DNA of 56,589 bases from sequence record PZ445422.1; one strand, given 5' to 3'. The translations under genes were made by a program, and so were the position numbers. A model generated the notes under the pieces. It was not told the origin of the DNA. It saw only the letters and a program-made list of their open reading frames with translations, and did not search any database. The stretch's first letter is position 1. Every line of letters begins with the position of its first letter. This stretch comes from a phage. Positions 28,598 through 38,198 of this stretch are shown here, in pieces.

Positions 28598-29460
28598 TGA
28601 CTATGCCAACTAATTTCCACTTTGACGCGAGCAGCTATCAAGCACCTTCTTACGGCGCATTGCCGAAAGGTTGGTATAAAGCAGTAATTGAAGCATCTGA
28701 ATTTAAACCGACCAAAAATGGCGGTATGGCGATCCAGGTAACGTTTAGCATCATTGACGGTTTTGCTAAAGGGCGTAAAATCTTTGCTCGTTATAACGTC
28801 ATCAATGACAACGAAGATACTGTGCGTATCGCTTACGAGCAACTGGGCGCTCTGTCTCATGCAGTTGGTGTGATTCGCTGGGATACTCCTGCTCAACTGC
28901 ATAACATTCCGCTGAACCTGCGTCTGAAAGTTCGTTCTCAGGAAGGCTATGAAGACAGCAACGAGCCGAACGGTTACGCTAACATTAACGATCCGGTTAA
29001 ATATGCGGAAAAAGCAGCAGAGGCTCCATCAATGGGTGCTCCAGCAGTAGCCAACCCGTTTGGTGCAGGTGCGCCAGCACAGCAGCCAACTTTCCCGGGC
29101 GCAGCGCCACAGCAGCCAGCAGCTAACCCGTTTGCTCAGCAACAGCAAGCACCTGTACAGCAACAGCAGCCAGTTCAGCAGCCAGTTCAGCAACCAGCAC
29201 CGCAGCAGGGCGCAGCAGCTCAACCGTGGCAGAACGCAGCACCGCAGCCGTGGGATAATCCTGCTCAAAACGCAGCGCCGCAGCAGCCAGTTCAGCAAGC
29301 TCCGGTACAACAGCCATTAGCACCGGAAGCAGCTCAGCAGCCGTGGGCGCAGCAGGTAGCACAGCCGGGCCAGGCAGCAGCACCACAGCAGCAAGCGCAG
29401 CCACAGCAGCAAGCTGAACCGCATCCGGCACAAGCAGCAGTCCCGCCGTGGCAGCAGTAA
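28597..29460 (+). CDS. single-strand DNA-binding protein candidate (DUF669-like N-domain) with Q/P/A-rich C-terminal tail
   Basis: N-terminal 130 aa globular region; C-terminal 150 aa of QQP/AAP repeats; partner position next to Sak4-like ATPase. Confidence 0.45.
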   Translation: MTMPTNFHFDASSYQAPSYGALPKGWYKAVIEASEFKPTKNGGMAIQVTFSIIDGFAKGRKIFARYNVINDNEDTVRIAYEQLGALSHAVGVIRWDTPAQLHNIPLNLRLKVRSQEGYEDSNEPNGYANINDPVKYAEKAAEAPSMGAPAVANPFGAGAPAQQPTFPGAAPQQPAANPFAQQQQAPVQQQQPVQQPVQQPAPQQGAAAQPWQNAAPQPWDNPAQNAAPQQPVQQAPVQQPLAPEAAQQPWAQQVAQPGQAAAPQQQAQPQQQAEPHPAQAAVPPWQQ

Positions 29461-29486
29461 GTTAACCCTCCCTCTGTAGTGTCCCT

Positions 29487-29513
29487 AAGCCGTCGAAAGA
29501 CGGCTTATTTTTC
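29487..29513 (+). terminator. intrinsic terminator
   Basis: aagccgtc-gaaa-gacggctt stem followed by ATTTTT. Confidence 0.55.
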
Positions 29514-29525
29514 TAAGGTACTCCA

Positions 29526-30434
29526 ATGGCTATTTATATTGCAGAAAAAACACTTCAAGCGATCAATGACGGTGTGCAAAAAGATCAGGGTGGGACTTAC
29601 CGTAAATATCTTGGCGTAGTTATTCCCACAATTGAAGACGCATATCGTCCTGAAAGCGGGAACCGCAGTCACTTAGGTGCTTCCCTTATTGGACAACAAT
29701 GTGCTCGCAAGCTGTTCTACGGGTATCGCTGGGCTACGCGTAAAGAGTTCGATGGACGCCAGCTCCGCCTATTTAACCGCGGACATCTGGAAGAAGCGCG
29801 TTTCATTGCTATGCTTCTTGCGGCAGGTATGCAGGTCTACCAGCAGGATGAAAACGGACACCAGTTCCGTATCAGCGAAGCTGGCGGACACTTTGGCGGT
29901 TCCTGCGATGGTGTGGTTATAGGTTGTCCGGACGTTCAGCCTGGAATGCCCGTGCTTACTGAAATGAAGACTCATAATGATAAGTCTTTCAAGAAGCTGA
30001 AAGCTAAAGGTGTCAAAGAAGCTAAACCTGAGCACTATGTACAGATGAACGTGTACATGCGAAAGCTTGGACTTGGCGCAGCGTTATATCTTGCTGTAAA
30101 CAAGAACGATGATGAAGTTTACGCAGAAATTATTCCATTTGATCCGGTCACTGCGGACATGTATATTGATCGTGGTGTGCAGATTGCTATTGCTACGGAT
30201 ATTCCTGACCGTGCATTCAAAGACTCTACCTTCTTCGAATGCAAATGGTGTGACCACTCCTCATTGTGCTGGCGTAAAACTATGCCGGAAGTAAACTGTC
30301 GCACATGTCAATTTCTTGAGCCAAAAGATGATGGAACATGGTATTGCAATTTCCATTCCGTTGCAGTAGATACTCAGGGTCAAAAAGTTGGTTGTCAAAA
30401 CTATCAAGTAGCTAACTATTACGGGAAAGATTGA
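29526..30434 (+). CDS. PD-(D/E)XK-family nuclease with C-terminal Cys cluster (Cas4/RecB-like exonuclease)
   Basis: 302 aa; C-terminal CKWCDHSSLCWRK...CRTCQF four-Cys cluster typical of Cas4-like nucleases; within recombination gene set. Confidence 0.45.
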   Translation: MAIYIAEKTLQAINDGVQKDQGGTYRKYLGVVIPTIEDAYRPESGNRSHLGASLIGQQCARKLFYGYRWATRKEFDGRQLRLFNRGHLEEARFIAMLLAAGMQVYQQDENGHQFRISEAGGHFGGSCDGVVIGCPDVQPGMPVLTEMKTHNDKSFKKLKAKGVKEAKPEHYVQMNVYMRKLGLGAALYLAVNKNDDEVYAEIIPFDPVTADMYIDRGVQIAIATDIPDRAFKDSTFFECKWCDHSSLCWRKTMPEVNCRTCQFLEPKDDGTWYCNFHSVAVDTQGQKVGCQNYQVANYYGKD

Positions 30435-30436
30435 TT

Positions 30437-32413
30437 ATGCAGCTCCGCGATTATCAACAGGAAGCAGTTTATAGCGTATTCCGCTATTTTGATGCTGAAA
30501 AGGGTAACGCGGGGAACCCTTTGATCCTGTTACCAACAGGGACAGGAAAATCGCTCGTTATCGCGGGGTTCCTCGATCTGCTTTATAAATGGTATCCAAA
30601 CCAGCGCGTAATGATGTTAACTCACGTCAAAGAGTTGATTGCGCAAAACTATGATAAATTAATGAAAGTCTGGCCTGAAGCGCCAGCAGGTATTTACAGC
30701 GCAGGTTTGAAGCGTAAAGAAGTTTATAATCTTATCACATTTGCGGGGATTGCATCCGTTGCTAAGCATCCTAAAAAGTTCGGCAAGGTTGATCTAATCT
30801 TTGTGGATGAAGCGCACCTTATTAGTCCGCGTGATGCAACAATGTATAAGAAGTTCTTTGCAGCATTGCGTGAAGTTAACCCGTATTTAAAAATCATCGG
30901 TCTTACCGCTACACCTTACCGACTGGGTTACGGCTCAATTGTTAAGGAAAACGAAGACGATGATGCGTTATTTGATAAAGTAACGTTTGATGCAACTACC
31001 CCTGAAGCCTTTAACTGGTTCCTGGAGCAAGGCTATTTGCTTCCGGTTGTGCCAAAGCGTACAAAGATGGAGTTGGACCTCAACGGGGTAGGTAAACGCG
31101 GCGGTGAGTTTATCCAGAGTGAGCTGCAAAGCGCGGTGAACCGCGACGATGCAACACTCCGCGCGCTTGAGGAAGCCATTGAATGTGGTGAAGACCGCCA
31201 AAGCTGGCTTATATTTTGTTCTGGCATTGAACACGCTAAAGACGCGTGTGATATGCTGAACGATATGGGTATTAGTTGCGGATGTATCCATTCAAAACTT
31301 GATGCAAAAGAGCGTGACGAAATTATTGAAAAGTTCAAGCGTGGAGAGTTTCGAGCGTTAACGAACAACAACGTCTTAACCACAGGTTTTGACCATCCGA
31401 TGCTCGATCTAATTATCATGCTCCGCCCCACTGCGTCGGCGGTGCTATGGGTTCAGATGCTGGGTCGCGGTACGCGTCCGGTATACGCGGAAGGCTTTGA
31501 TCTTTCCACGCAGGAAGGCCGCTTGCAAGCTATTGCAGCAAGCCCTAAGCAAAACTGCCTTGTACTGGATTTCAGCGGTAATACGCGCCGTTTGGGGCCT
31601 ATTAACGACCCTGTTAAACCTAAGCGCCCGGGCGAAAAAGGTGCTGGTACTGCTCCGGTTAAAGAATGCGATGTGTGCGGGTCGTATAATCATGCATCTT
31701 CTCGCTATTGCGGTGGCTTTGCACCAATCCCTATGGACAGCGTTACACAGGAACAAGTTCAACAATTATATTTGAAGGGATTCAGACTACGTGGAACGGA
31801 TTATGTTAAAGAAGGATTTTGCGGTCATGAGTTTAAGTTCCAGACAAAACTTAAAAAGGCAGCAAGTACCGAAGCATTAATCAAGCAGGACATTCCGGTA
31901 GTTGAAGACTTTAAAGTTACGCATGTGACTTATGCGAAGCACACTAAACGCAATGACAGCTCCAAACCTCCAACAATGAAGGTGACTTATTATTGCGGCA
32001 GTAAAATATTTAGCGAATGGGTAGCTTTGCTGCATGGCGACTGGGCTGGTCGTAAAGCGGTTGCATGGTGGAAAAAAAGGACGCATCTTCCTTTACCACA
32101 AACTATTGAAGAAGCTCTTGATGTTGCTGCAATGCTCAAAACACCGAAATACATCAAAGTTCATACTAATAAGAAATGGCCTGAGATATTGAACTATGAT
32201 TATGATGGTACGTGTTTCGGTAAGTTTGAAGCTCCACAGGACGAAGAAGCTATTCAGGTTAAAGTATACGGGCAGGATGGAACAACCGAAGGTCCAAGCT
32301 ATAACGATGATGTGAGCTGGGATGATATTGTTTCACAGAATACGCAAGGTATAACGGTGAATAATGTGGTTAATCCTGTACAAGTAGATGATCCGGATTA
32401 CGTTCCGTTCTAA
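30437..32413 (+). CDS. superfamily 2 DNA helicase (DEAH-box)
   Basis: Walker A LLPTGTGKS, motif II IFVDEAHL, helicase C-terminal arginine block MLGRGTRP; Cys-rich insert CDVCGSYNHASSRYCGG. Confidence 0.75.
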   Translation: MQLRDYQQEAVYSVFRYFDAEKGNAGNPLILLPTGTGKSLVIAGFLDLLYKWYPNQRVMMLTHVKELIAQNYDKLMKVWPEAPAGIYSAGLKRKEVYNLITFAGIASVAKHPKKFGKVDLIFVDEAHLISPRDATMYKKFFAALREVNPYLKIIGLTATPYRLGYGSIVKENEDDDALFDKVTFDATTPEAFNWFLEQGYLLPVVPKRTKMELDLNGVGKRGGEFIQSELQSAVNRDDATLRALEEAIECGEDRQSWLIFCSGIEHAKDACDMLNDMGISCGCIHSKLDAKERDEIIEKFKRGEFRALTNNNVLTTGFDHPMLDLIIMLRPTASAVLWVQMLGRGTRPVYAEGFDLSTQEGRLQAIAASPKQNCLVLDFSGNTRRLGPINDPVKPKRPGEKGAGTAPVKECDVCGSYNHASSRYCGGFAPIPMDSVTQEQVQQLYLKGFRLRGTDYVKEGFCGHEFKFQTKLKKAASTEALIKQDIPVVEDFKVTHVTYAKHTKRNDSSKPPTMKVTYYCGSKIFSEWVALLHGDWAGRKAVAWWKKRTHLPLPQTIEEALDVAAMLKTPKYIKVHTNKKWPEILNYDYDGTCFGKFEAPQDEEAIQVKVYGQDGTTEGPSYNDDVSWDDIVSQNTQGITVNNVVNPVQVDDPDYVPF

Positions 32414-32428
32414 TTGACTTCAACATCT

Positions 32429-32460
32429 AATGCCCCTACTATTGGGGCATTACTTATTTA
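32429..32460 (+). terminator. intrinsic terminator
   Basis: aatgcccc-tactatt-ggggcatt stem followed by T-rich tract. Confidence 0.5.
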
Positions 32461-32472
32461 TAGGGGATTGCA

Positions 32473-32967
32473 ATGTACGTCCTAATTGATACAGATAAAT
32501 TTGAACTCTTGGCAAAGCACCCCAATTGGCTGACACTACACCAACTTGGAATTATTTGTTGCCCTGAGTCAACACTGGTAACACCAGTAGACGATTTACA
32601 CGATCTTGAAGATGTTGATCTTCAAATGCTTTATATTAACTTGACAGAAAATTTAGGAGCGGCACCTTATGAACGGGAAATCGTTGAGCGCATTTTGTTT
32701 GATTACTTTACGCAACTTCCAGAAACAATCATGGATCACGCCCAAATCAGCGCACAAGCCGAATTCTGTGTGGAATACGATATCCAAGGCTTTTGCTCAC
32801 CTCAAATTGGGCAATACGTTCCGTCAATGGATGAAGGACTTTGGAAACCTGCCCGTGTCAAATACGATGCTGAACGGGAGGGTGGTATTATTTCCGGTGC
32901 CAGGGTCGTTTGTGAGCAACCCGCATTGCAAGCTGCATGGACACCGGGCAGAGGGGCAAAGAGTTAG
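32473..32967 (+). CDS. hypothetical protein
   Basis: 164 aa; AGGGGA RBS. Confidence 0.5.
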   Translation: MYVLIDTDKFELLAKHPNWLTLHQLGIICCPESTLVTPVDDLHDLEDVDLQMLYINLTENLGAAPYEREIVERILFDYFTQLPETIMDHAQISAQAEFCVEYDIQGFCSPQIGQYVPSMDEGLWKPARVKYDAEREGGIISGARVVCEQPALQAAWTPGRGAKS

Positions 32968-33094
32968 TAAGTTCTAAGCTTGATCAAAAATATTTTTAAA
33001 AATATTCAGATAAGGGGTTGCGTGTCACAAAATCCTTTGGTACATTTAACCCCGTTGGTAACAAACGAACCCATAACAATTCGGAGTGAAGAGA

Positions 33095-33898
33095 ATGAGC
33101 AACATTGAAGATAAAAAAGCCGCTGCCGCTGCTGCCGCTGCTGCCGCTGCAAAATCTGCTAAACCTGCAAAGAAAGAAGCTACTGTGAATGATGCAGAAG
33201 CTAAGAAAGCCGCTGCCGCTGAAGCTGCACGCGTAGCAAAAGAGAAAAAAGAAGCAGAGAAAAAAGCTGCCGCTGAAAAGAAACAAGCTGAAATCCGCAC
33301 TGAAGCGGAAAACAAATTTAATGCGATTGCTAACGCTGCTGAAATCCTGAAAAACTCTTTGGCTACCGTCACCGACGAAAGCACTGTTGAACAAATCACG
33401 GAAGCAGAAACTCAGGGATCTGCAAACCTGAAGACCATTAAAGAAGCTCTGAAAGAGCTGAAAGCTGTCGTTAAGAAGTCTAAAGGTGAAGACCTGTCCG
33501 GTGCTGTAACTTCTGCCCAGGGTCTGGTGGATGGTCTGGAAGCTACTATTAAAGGCTTCAAAGACAAGATCCGTGCTGCAAAACAGGCAGAAAAAGAAGC
33601 GGAAAAAGCACGCGCTAAAGAGCTCCGCGAGAAAGAAAAAGAAGCTAATCGTATGCCGGAACAGAACGGTGTTCGTCGCCCACAACCGGAAACTTCCTGC
33701 GGTCGTGCCTGGGCCCTGATGGACCAGATTAGCGCTACGCTGGGTCAGCCTGCTCCGATCTCTTATGTTCTGAACCTGGCTGGTCGCCATGGTCTGAACG
33801 AAGATACCGTTAAAACCCAATATGCACGCTGGAAGAAATTTAATGGTGTAACTGGTCGCGTACCTGTGCCAGTACCGGAAGCTTTGAACGGCTTGTAA
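33095..33898 (+). CDS. Ala/Lys-rich histone H1-like protein with distinct C-terminal domain
   Basis: ATG at 33095 with GGAGTGAAGAGA RBS; N-terminal two-thirds is KAAAAAAAAAAAK / AEKKAAAEKK low complexity; C-terminal 80 aa globular. Confidence 0.5.
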   Translation: MSNIEDKKAAAAAAAAAAAKSAKPAKKEATVNDAEAKKAAAAEAARVAKEKKEAEKKAAAEKKQAEIRTEAENKFNAIANAAEILKNSLATVTDESTVEQITEAETQGSANLKTIKEALKELKAVVKKSKGEDLSGAVTSAQGLVDGLEATIKGFKDKIRAAKQAEKEAEKARAKELREKEKEANRMPEQNGVRRPQPETSCGRAWALMDQISATLGQPAPISYVLNLAGRHGLNEDTVKTQYARWKKFNGVTGRVPVPVPEALNGL

Positions 33899-33923
33899 TA
33901 TCAAAACATATCACGTTATAATG

Positions 33924-33950
33924 AAGGCGCCCAATGAGGCGCTTTCTTTT
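33924..33950 (+). terminator. intrinsic terminator
   Basis: aaggcgcc-caatga-ggcgcttt stem followed by T-rich tract. Confidence 0.5.
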
Positions 33951-33967
33951 TCACTAGAGGATTTAAG

Positions 33968-34675
33968 ATGAATATTAATCAACAAGCTCCCGAGTCTCGT
34001 TCTAAAGAAAACGATATGTATTTAGACGTGCATTCGGTATTCTCTACCATTCAGGGTGAAGGTCCATTCTGCGGTCAACCTGCGGTATTTGTGCGCCTTG
34101 CTGGATGTAACCTGCAATGCCCGGGCTGCGACACGGATTATACTGTTGGTCGTTCTCTTTACCACATTGTTGATATCATGCGTTTAATCGAAAGCCGTAA
34201 GCTGGAATCAGGCAATAGCACCTCACTTGTGGTTATTAGTGGGGGTGAACCGTTCCGTCAGCAAATTAACCCGTTTATTGAACAACTGTTATCGCGCGGG
34301 TATCTTGTACAGATTGAAACGAATGGGTCTATGCCTTTACCTAAGAACTTTTCCCAGCTACCTGTCATTGTATGCAGTCCTAAGACTTCAAAGATTCATC
34401 CTTCTGTGCTGTACCGCGCTAATGCATTTAAATATGTACTTAAAGCGTGCTGTGTAAACGTGGAAGATGGTTTGCCTCTTCAAGCATTAGATCATCAAGC
34501 TACGCCATTTATCGCTAGACCTCCGAAGGGGTTCAAGGGTAAGATATATTTACAGCCAATGGACGAGCAGGATGAAGATCTTAACCACAGTAACATCAAA
34601 GCGGTTGTCCAAAGCTGTATGAAACACGGGTACACGTTGCAGCTTCAGGTTCACAAATATATCGGGGTGGAATAA
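33968..34675 (+). CDS. queE: 7-carboxy-7-deazaguanine synthase (radical SAM)
   Basis: FSTIQGEGPFCGQPAVFVRLAGCNLQCPGCDTDYT matches the QueE N-terminal Cx14CxxC radical-SAM signature; AGAGGA RBS. Confidence 0.85.
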   Translation: MNINQQAPESRSKENDMYLDVHSVFSTIQGEGPFCGQPAVFVRLAGCNLQCPGCDTDYTVGRSLYHIVDIMRLIESRKLESGNSTSLVVISGGEPFRQQINPFIEQLLSRGYLVQIETNGSMPLPKNFSQLPVIVCSPKTSKIHPSVLYRANAFKYVLKACCVNVEDGLPLQALDHQATPFIARPPKGFKGKIYLQPMDEQDEDLNHSNIKAVVQSCMKHGYTLQLQVHKYIGVE

Positions 34676-34887
34676 TGATCACTTTAGAAGAAGCGAAACA
34701 GCATCAGGAAATGATCACTGAGCTGGTAGAAAAACTTAATTCTGCAATTGCTCACGCTACCATGCAGGGAGTGCATGTAGAATTGGATATTAATCACGTT
34801 AGTACAATCGGGGCACGCAATCATCCAATTGTGATGTCAAATGTAACAATCAATCCTTGTAATATTAAAGGTGTAGAAGATGAATGA
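34675..34887 (+). CDS. hypothetical small protein, paralog of next ORF
   Basis: 70 aa; LNSAIAHATMQGVHVELDI parallels LNDAICRAASKNIHSELEI in the adjacent ORF. Confidence 0.45.
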   Translation: MITLEEAKQHQEMITELVEKLNSAIAHATMQGVHVELDINHVSTIGARNHPIVMSNVTINPCNIKGVEDE

Positions 34888-35068
34888 AGAGACTGTGGTT
34901 CTTATGCAGAAGATGCAACGTTTACAAGACGAGCTGAATGACGCTATCTGTCGTGCTGCATCCAAGAACATACATTCGGAGCTTGAAATTCATAAGCGTC
35001 AGATGACATCTGATGATGTAGTTGAACAAGTGGTCGTTAATCTTAATATTAGCCTTAAAGGGTTCTAA
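34880..35068 (+). CDS. hypothetical small protein, paralog of previous ORF
   Basis: 62 aa; overlaps previous ORF by 8 nt; shared sequence pattern. Confidence 0.45.
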   Translation: MNEETVVLMQKMQRLQDELNDAICRAASKNIHSELEIHKRQMTSDDVVEQVVVNLNISLKGF

Positions 35069-35069
35069 G

Positions 35070-35777
35070 ATGAATAAATTAGATAAACTGGTATTCCCTG
35101 TAAAAAATCATAACTCCGCCGTTGTCGTCCTGTCTGGCGGCCAGGACAGCGTGACCTGTTTAGGTCTTGCACTTAATAACTATGATAAGGTTTACGCTAT
35201 TGGTTTTGCATACGGTCAACGTCATAACATTGAGCTGGCTTGTGCTAATCAAATTTGTAAAGAGCACGATGTCCAATTTGTTGTCTTTGAATTACCTGCT
35301 TTGAAACAGATTGGCAATAGCGCTTTAATCGGGAACGAAGGTGATGTTAACGAACATCACGAACAGCACAACAACCTTCCGGCTAGCTTTGTGCCAAACC
35401 GTAATGCTCTTTTTCTGACTACCGCGCACGCCTACGCGCAGAAAGTTGGCGCCCGATATGTGGTTACGGGCGTTTGCGAAACGGACTATAGCGGTTATCC
35501 GGATTGCCGTCAGCAGTTTGTAGATTTGCTTGAAGCTACGTTAAACGTTGGATATGAAACAGATATTCATTTCGTTACCCCGCTTATGCGTTTAAATAAA
35601 GCAGAAACGTTTGAGCTGGCGGATAAGGTTGGTTTCTTAACCACAGTAATTGAACAATCCCATACTTGCTATAACGGCGTCCGTCGCACTCTGCATGACT
35701 GGGGATATGGTTGCGGTGAATGTCCTGCGTGCAAACTGCGTGCTAAGGGGTACAGCGAATTTATTAGCAAAGCTTGA
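35070..35777 (+). CDS. queC: 7-cyano-7-deazaguanine (preQ0) synthase
   Basis: AVVVLSGGQDSVTCL PP-loop motif and YAIGFAYGQRHNIEL block typical of QueC; ATG at 35070 immediately after previous stop. Confidence 0.85.
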   Translation: MNKLDKLVFPVKNHNSAVVVLSGGQDSVTCLGLALNNYDKVYAIGFAYGQRHNIELACANQICKEHDVQFVVFELPALKQIGNSALIGNEGDVNEHHEQHNNLPASFVPNRNALFLTTAHAYAQKVGARYVVTGVCETDYSGYPDCRQQFVDLLEATLNVGYETDIHFVTPLMRLNKAETFELADKVGFLTTVIEQSHTCYNGVRRTLHDWGYGCGECPACKLRAKGYSEFISKA

Positions 35778-35897
35778 TCTTACCGCGAAAACCGCACCGC
35801 TAGCGCATTGTTTAGGGTGCGGGAACCCAACTATACTACTAAAGCTTTTAAACCCAACAACCAGCGAATAACGCTGTTAAAACTGGAGAACAAAAGT

Positions 35898-36377
35898 ATG
35901 AAATTTATCGTTGCTTATCTGGCTGCAATTACATTCGTAAACCTGGGCTTTTCCTACCTTCCAATACTTAACACGCCGCTTGGCGTAGTCCCGATGATGG
36001 CTTTCTTTGTAGGTATTATCTTTGTGTTGCGCGACTACGCACAGCGTAACGCTGGCAAAGGCGTCATCCCTGCAATGATTATCGGTTGTATTCTTAGCTG
36101 GGTATTCGGGGATCCTGCGGTTGTAGTTGCATCAGTTGCATCCTTTGCACTTAGCGAGTTTGCGGACTATGCGGTATACACGATTACTAAGAAGCCTTTC
36201 CATCAACGAGTATTTATCAGCTCTTTGGTAGCTGTACCGATTGACTCCATTGTGTTCTTAAGTATTATAGGTATTGTTAATCCGGGATCAATGGTAGCAA
36301 TGAGCTTAAGTAAGTTCACAGCATCCGCTATCCTTTGGATTGTTTACGAAGTTCAATCACGTACAGCGAGAGCGTAA
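35898..36377 (+). CDS. integral membrane protein, possible queuosine-precursor transporter (YhhQ/DUF165-like)
   Basis: ATG at 35898 with GGAG RBS; about 5 TM segments; assignment rests mainly on location inside the deazaguanine cluster. Confidence 0.35.
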   Translation: MKFIVAYLAAITFVNLGFSYLPILNTPLGVVPMMAFFVGIIFVLRDYAQRNAGKGVIPAMIIGCILSWVFGDPAVVVASVASFALSEFADYAVYTITKKPFHQRVFISSLVAVPIDSIVFLSIIGIVNPGSMVAMSLSKFTASAILWIVYEVQSRTARA

Positions 36378-36378
36378 A

Positions 36379-36969
36379 ATGAAAGATAATCTTAATAAAA
36401 TTTGGCACCAGCACGATGGGAAAGGAATGCCAATCTTTCTTCGCAATGAAAAGTTTGAAGTTCGTTTGCGCAACGGCACACACGTTAAGAATCTATTACA
36501 TGGATGGGATTGGGCTATAGAAGGGCGTTCAGCTATGGATGAAAATAGCCCTTATAAAGTTCAAGATATTATAGCCTGGCGATATATCGTTGCGGATGAT
36601 TACGTCAAACAAGCCAGCGAAAACACTCGCTCCGGAGTGTACCATCAACCTTCTTCTGGAATAAGCATAAGTAATACATTTAATGGTGCAGTTTTTACCA
36701 AATATGAACCATCTAAAATTCCCATGAATAAATATCAGAAAATTATTTATGGTAAAGATCAAAACGGCAATGTTGTAAAATGCATCGTGGACGTGTATGA
36801 TGTCTTGGAAGCTTGGAAAACAACTAACCCAGCTTTACAACATTTGATTAAAAAGGCGTTGCAGCCGGGCGAACGTGGTCATAAAAGTCTGGTAGAAGAT
36901 TTGAAAGACATTATTGCATCCGCACAGCGTGCATTAGAAATTGAACAGTCTAAAGAGGTATTAAAATGA
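36379..36969 (+). CDS. hypothetical protein embedded in deazaguanine cluster
   Basis: 196 aa; ATG at 36379 right after previous stop; stop overlaps queD start; no recognisable motif. Confidence 0.5.
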   Translation: MKDNLNKIWHQHDGKGMPIFLRNEKFEVRLRNGTHVKNLLHGWDWAIEGRSAMDENSPYKVQDIIAWRYIVADDYVKQASENTRSGVYHQPSSGISISNTFNGAVFTKYEPSKIPMNKYQKIIYGKDQNGNVVKCIVDVYDVLEAWKTTNPALQHLIKKALQPGERGHKSLVEDLKDIIASAQRALEIEQSKEVLK

Positions 36970-37502
36970 GCTATACAGTAATTCGTTCACATGAAATTTG
37001 CGCCGGACATCGTGTTGTAGGTCACGAAAGCAAATGTCGCCACCTCCACGGTCACAACTATAAGTTTCACTTTAAGGTTGCTCCGAAGCATGGATGCGGA
37101 AAAGTAGTGACACGAGGAAAGCTGATTGAGGACGGTCTGGACAGCGTTGGGCGCGTGATTGACTTTAGTGTGGTTAAAGCTACGCTCTGCCAGTGGCTAG
37201 AAGATAACTGGGATCATAAGTTTCTACATTGGGAAAAGGATATGTTGATCAACGGACTGCAATGTTGTATTGAAACGGATACTCAATCTGAACGCGGTTG
37301 GCCTACTTTCGGTGAAGGGGATGAAGATCTTAAAGCTTTTAACGATTCACTGGTATCTTTGCCGTTCAACCCAACTGCGGAAAACCTAGCTGCATATATG
37401 GTTGAAGTAATTGGTCCGCAACTGCTTGACGAACATAGTGTTCAACTTGTAGAATGCACCATCGAAGAAACTTCGAAATGCCACGTAAACTATAGCCTGT
37501 AA
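36966..37502 (+). CDS. queD: 6-carboxy-5,6,7,8-tetrahydropterin synthase
   Basis: ICAGHRVVGHESKCRHLHGHNY carries the QueD/PTPS Cys and His-x-His zinc motif. Confidence 0.8.
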   Translation: MSYTVIRSHEICAGHRVVGHESKCRHLHGHNYKFHFKVAPKHGCGKVVTRGKLIEDGLDSVGRVIDFSVVKATLCQWLEDNWDHKFLHWEKDMLINGLQCCIETDTQSERGWPTFGEGDEDLKAFNDSLVSLPFNPTAENLAAYMVEVIGPQLLDEHSVQLVECTIEETSKCHVNYSL

Positions 37503-37503
37503 T

Positions 37504-38127
37504 ATGACCACATTAACAAGGAAACTGCAAACCATGTCTAAATATAGTATTAATAGTGAAGGTGTTCAATTCCGTATTGCTAACGCTGTGCGTACTTTAC
37601 TATCCCAAATTGAAGTTAGCGCGGTTCTGCGCCCAGGGCTGGAGGAAACTCCGGAGCGTGTAGCGAAAGCTTATGCAACGTGGTTTAGCGGTTACGATGT
37701 AGATATCGCTGGATTGTTTAAAACCTTTGAAGATGGTGCGGAAGGTACGGATGAAATGGTCATTGTCCGTGATATTCCTGTATACAGTCATTGTGAGCAT
37801 CACATGGCCCCTATCATCGGGCGTGCTGTTGTGGGTTATGTCCCCAATGGGAAGATCGTTGGGCTTAGTAAGCTGTCTCGCGTTGTGGATGCTTTTAGTC
37901 GTCGACTGCAAGTTCAGGAACGTCTTACTAACCAGATTGCAGATGCTATCCAGGAGCATTTAGACCCGAAAGCTGTGTGCGTTTACATCGATGCTAAGCA
38001 TATGTGCATGGAATCGCGCGGGGTTAAGCAGGTATGCGGAAGCTCTACCATTACTAAAGCTTTCCGCGGTGCTGCATCGTTTAAAGGTGATGCTTGGCGC
38101 CGGGAGTTCCTTGAAGCTTGTAAATAA
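37504..38127 (+). CDS. folE: GTP cyclohydrolase I (alternative start at 37534)
   Basis: CEHHMAPIIGRAVVGYVPNGKIVGLSKLSRVVDAFSRRLQVQERLT matches the FolE active-site region nearly residue for residue. Confidence 0.9.
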   Translation: MTTLTRKLQTMSKYSINSEGVQFRIANAVRTLLSQIEVSAVLRPGLEETPERVAKAYATWFSGYDVDIAGLFKTFEDGAEGTDEMVIVRDIPVYSHCEHHMAPIIGRAVVGYVPNGKIVGLSKLSRVVDAFSRRLQVQERLTNQIADAIQEHLDPKAVCVYIDAKHMCMESRGVKQVCGSSTITKAFRGAASFKGDAWRREFLEACK

Positions 38128-38146
38128 TAGATAGCTTTACAGATCA

Positions 38147-38182
38147 AGCCCATATCGGTCATAATACTGGTATGGGCTTTTT
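38147..38182 (+). terminator. possible terminator or attenuator hairpin
   Basis: agcccata ... tatgggct stem with large loop followed by TTTTT. Confidence 0.3.
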
Positions 38183-38198
38183 AGTCATTGGAGGAAAT

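Noticed and set aside
29029-29431. Minus- and plus-strand ORFs inside the Q/P-rich 3' part of the SSB-like gene
   Set aside because: Products are Leu/Arg/Cys-rich nonsense typical of out-of-frame reading of a low-complexity region
32996-33904. 302 aa minus-strand ORF antisense to the Ala/Lys-rich gene
   Set aside because: Translation is Phe/Ser-rich low complexity mirroring the sense-strand repeats; all neighbours are on the plus strand with RBSs
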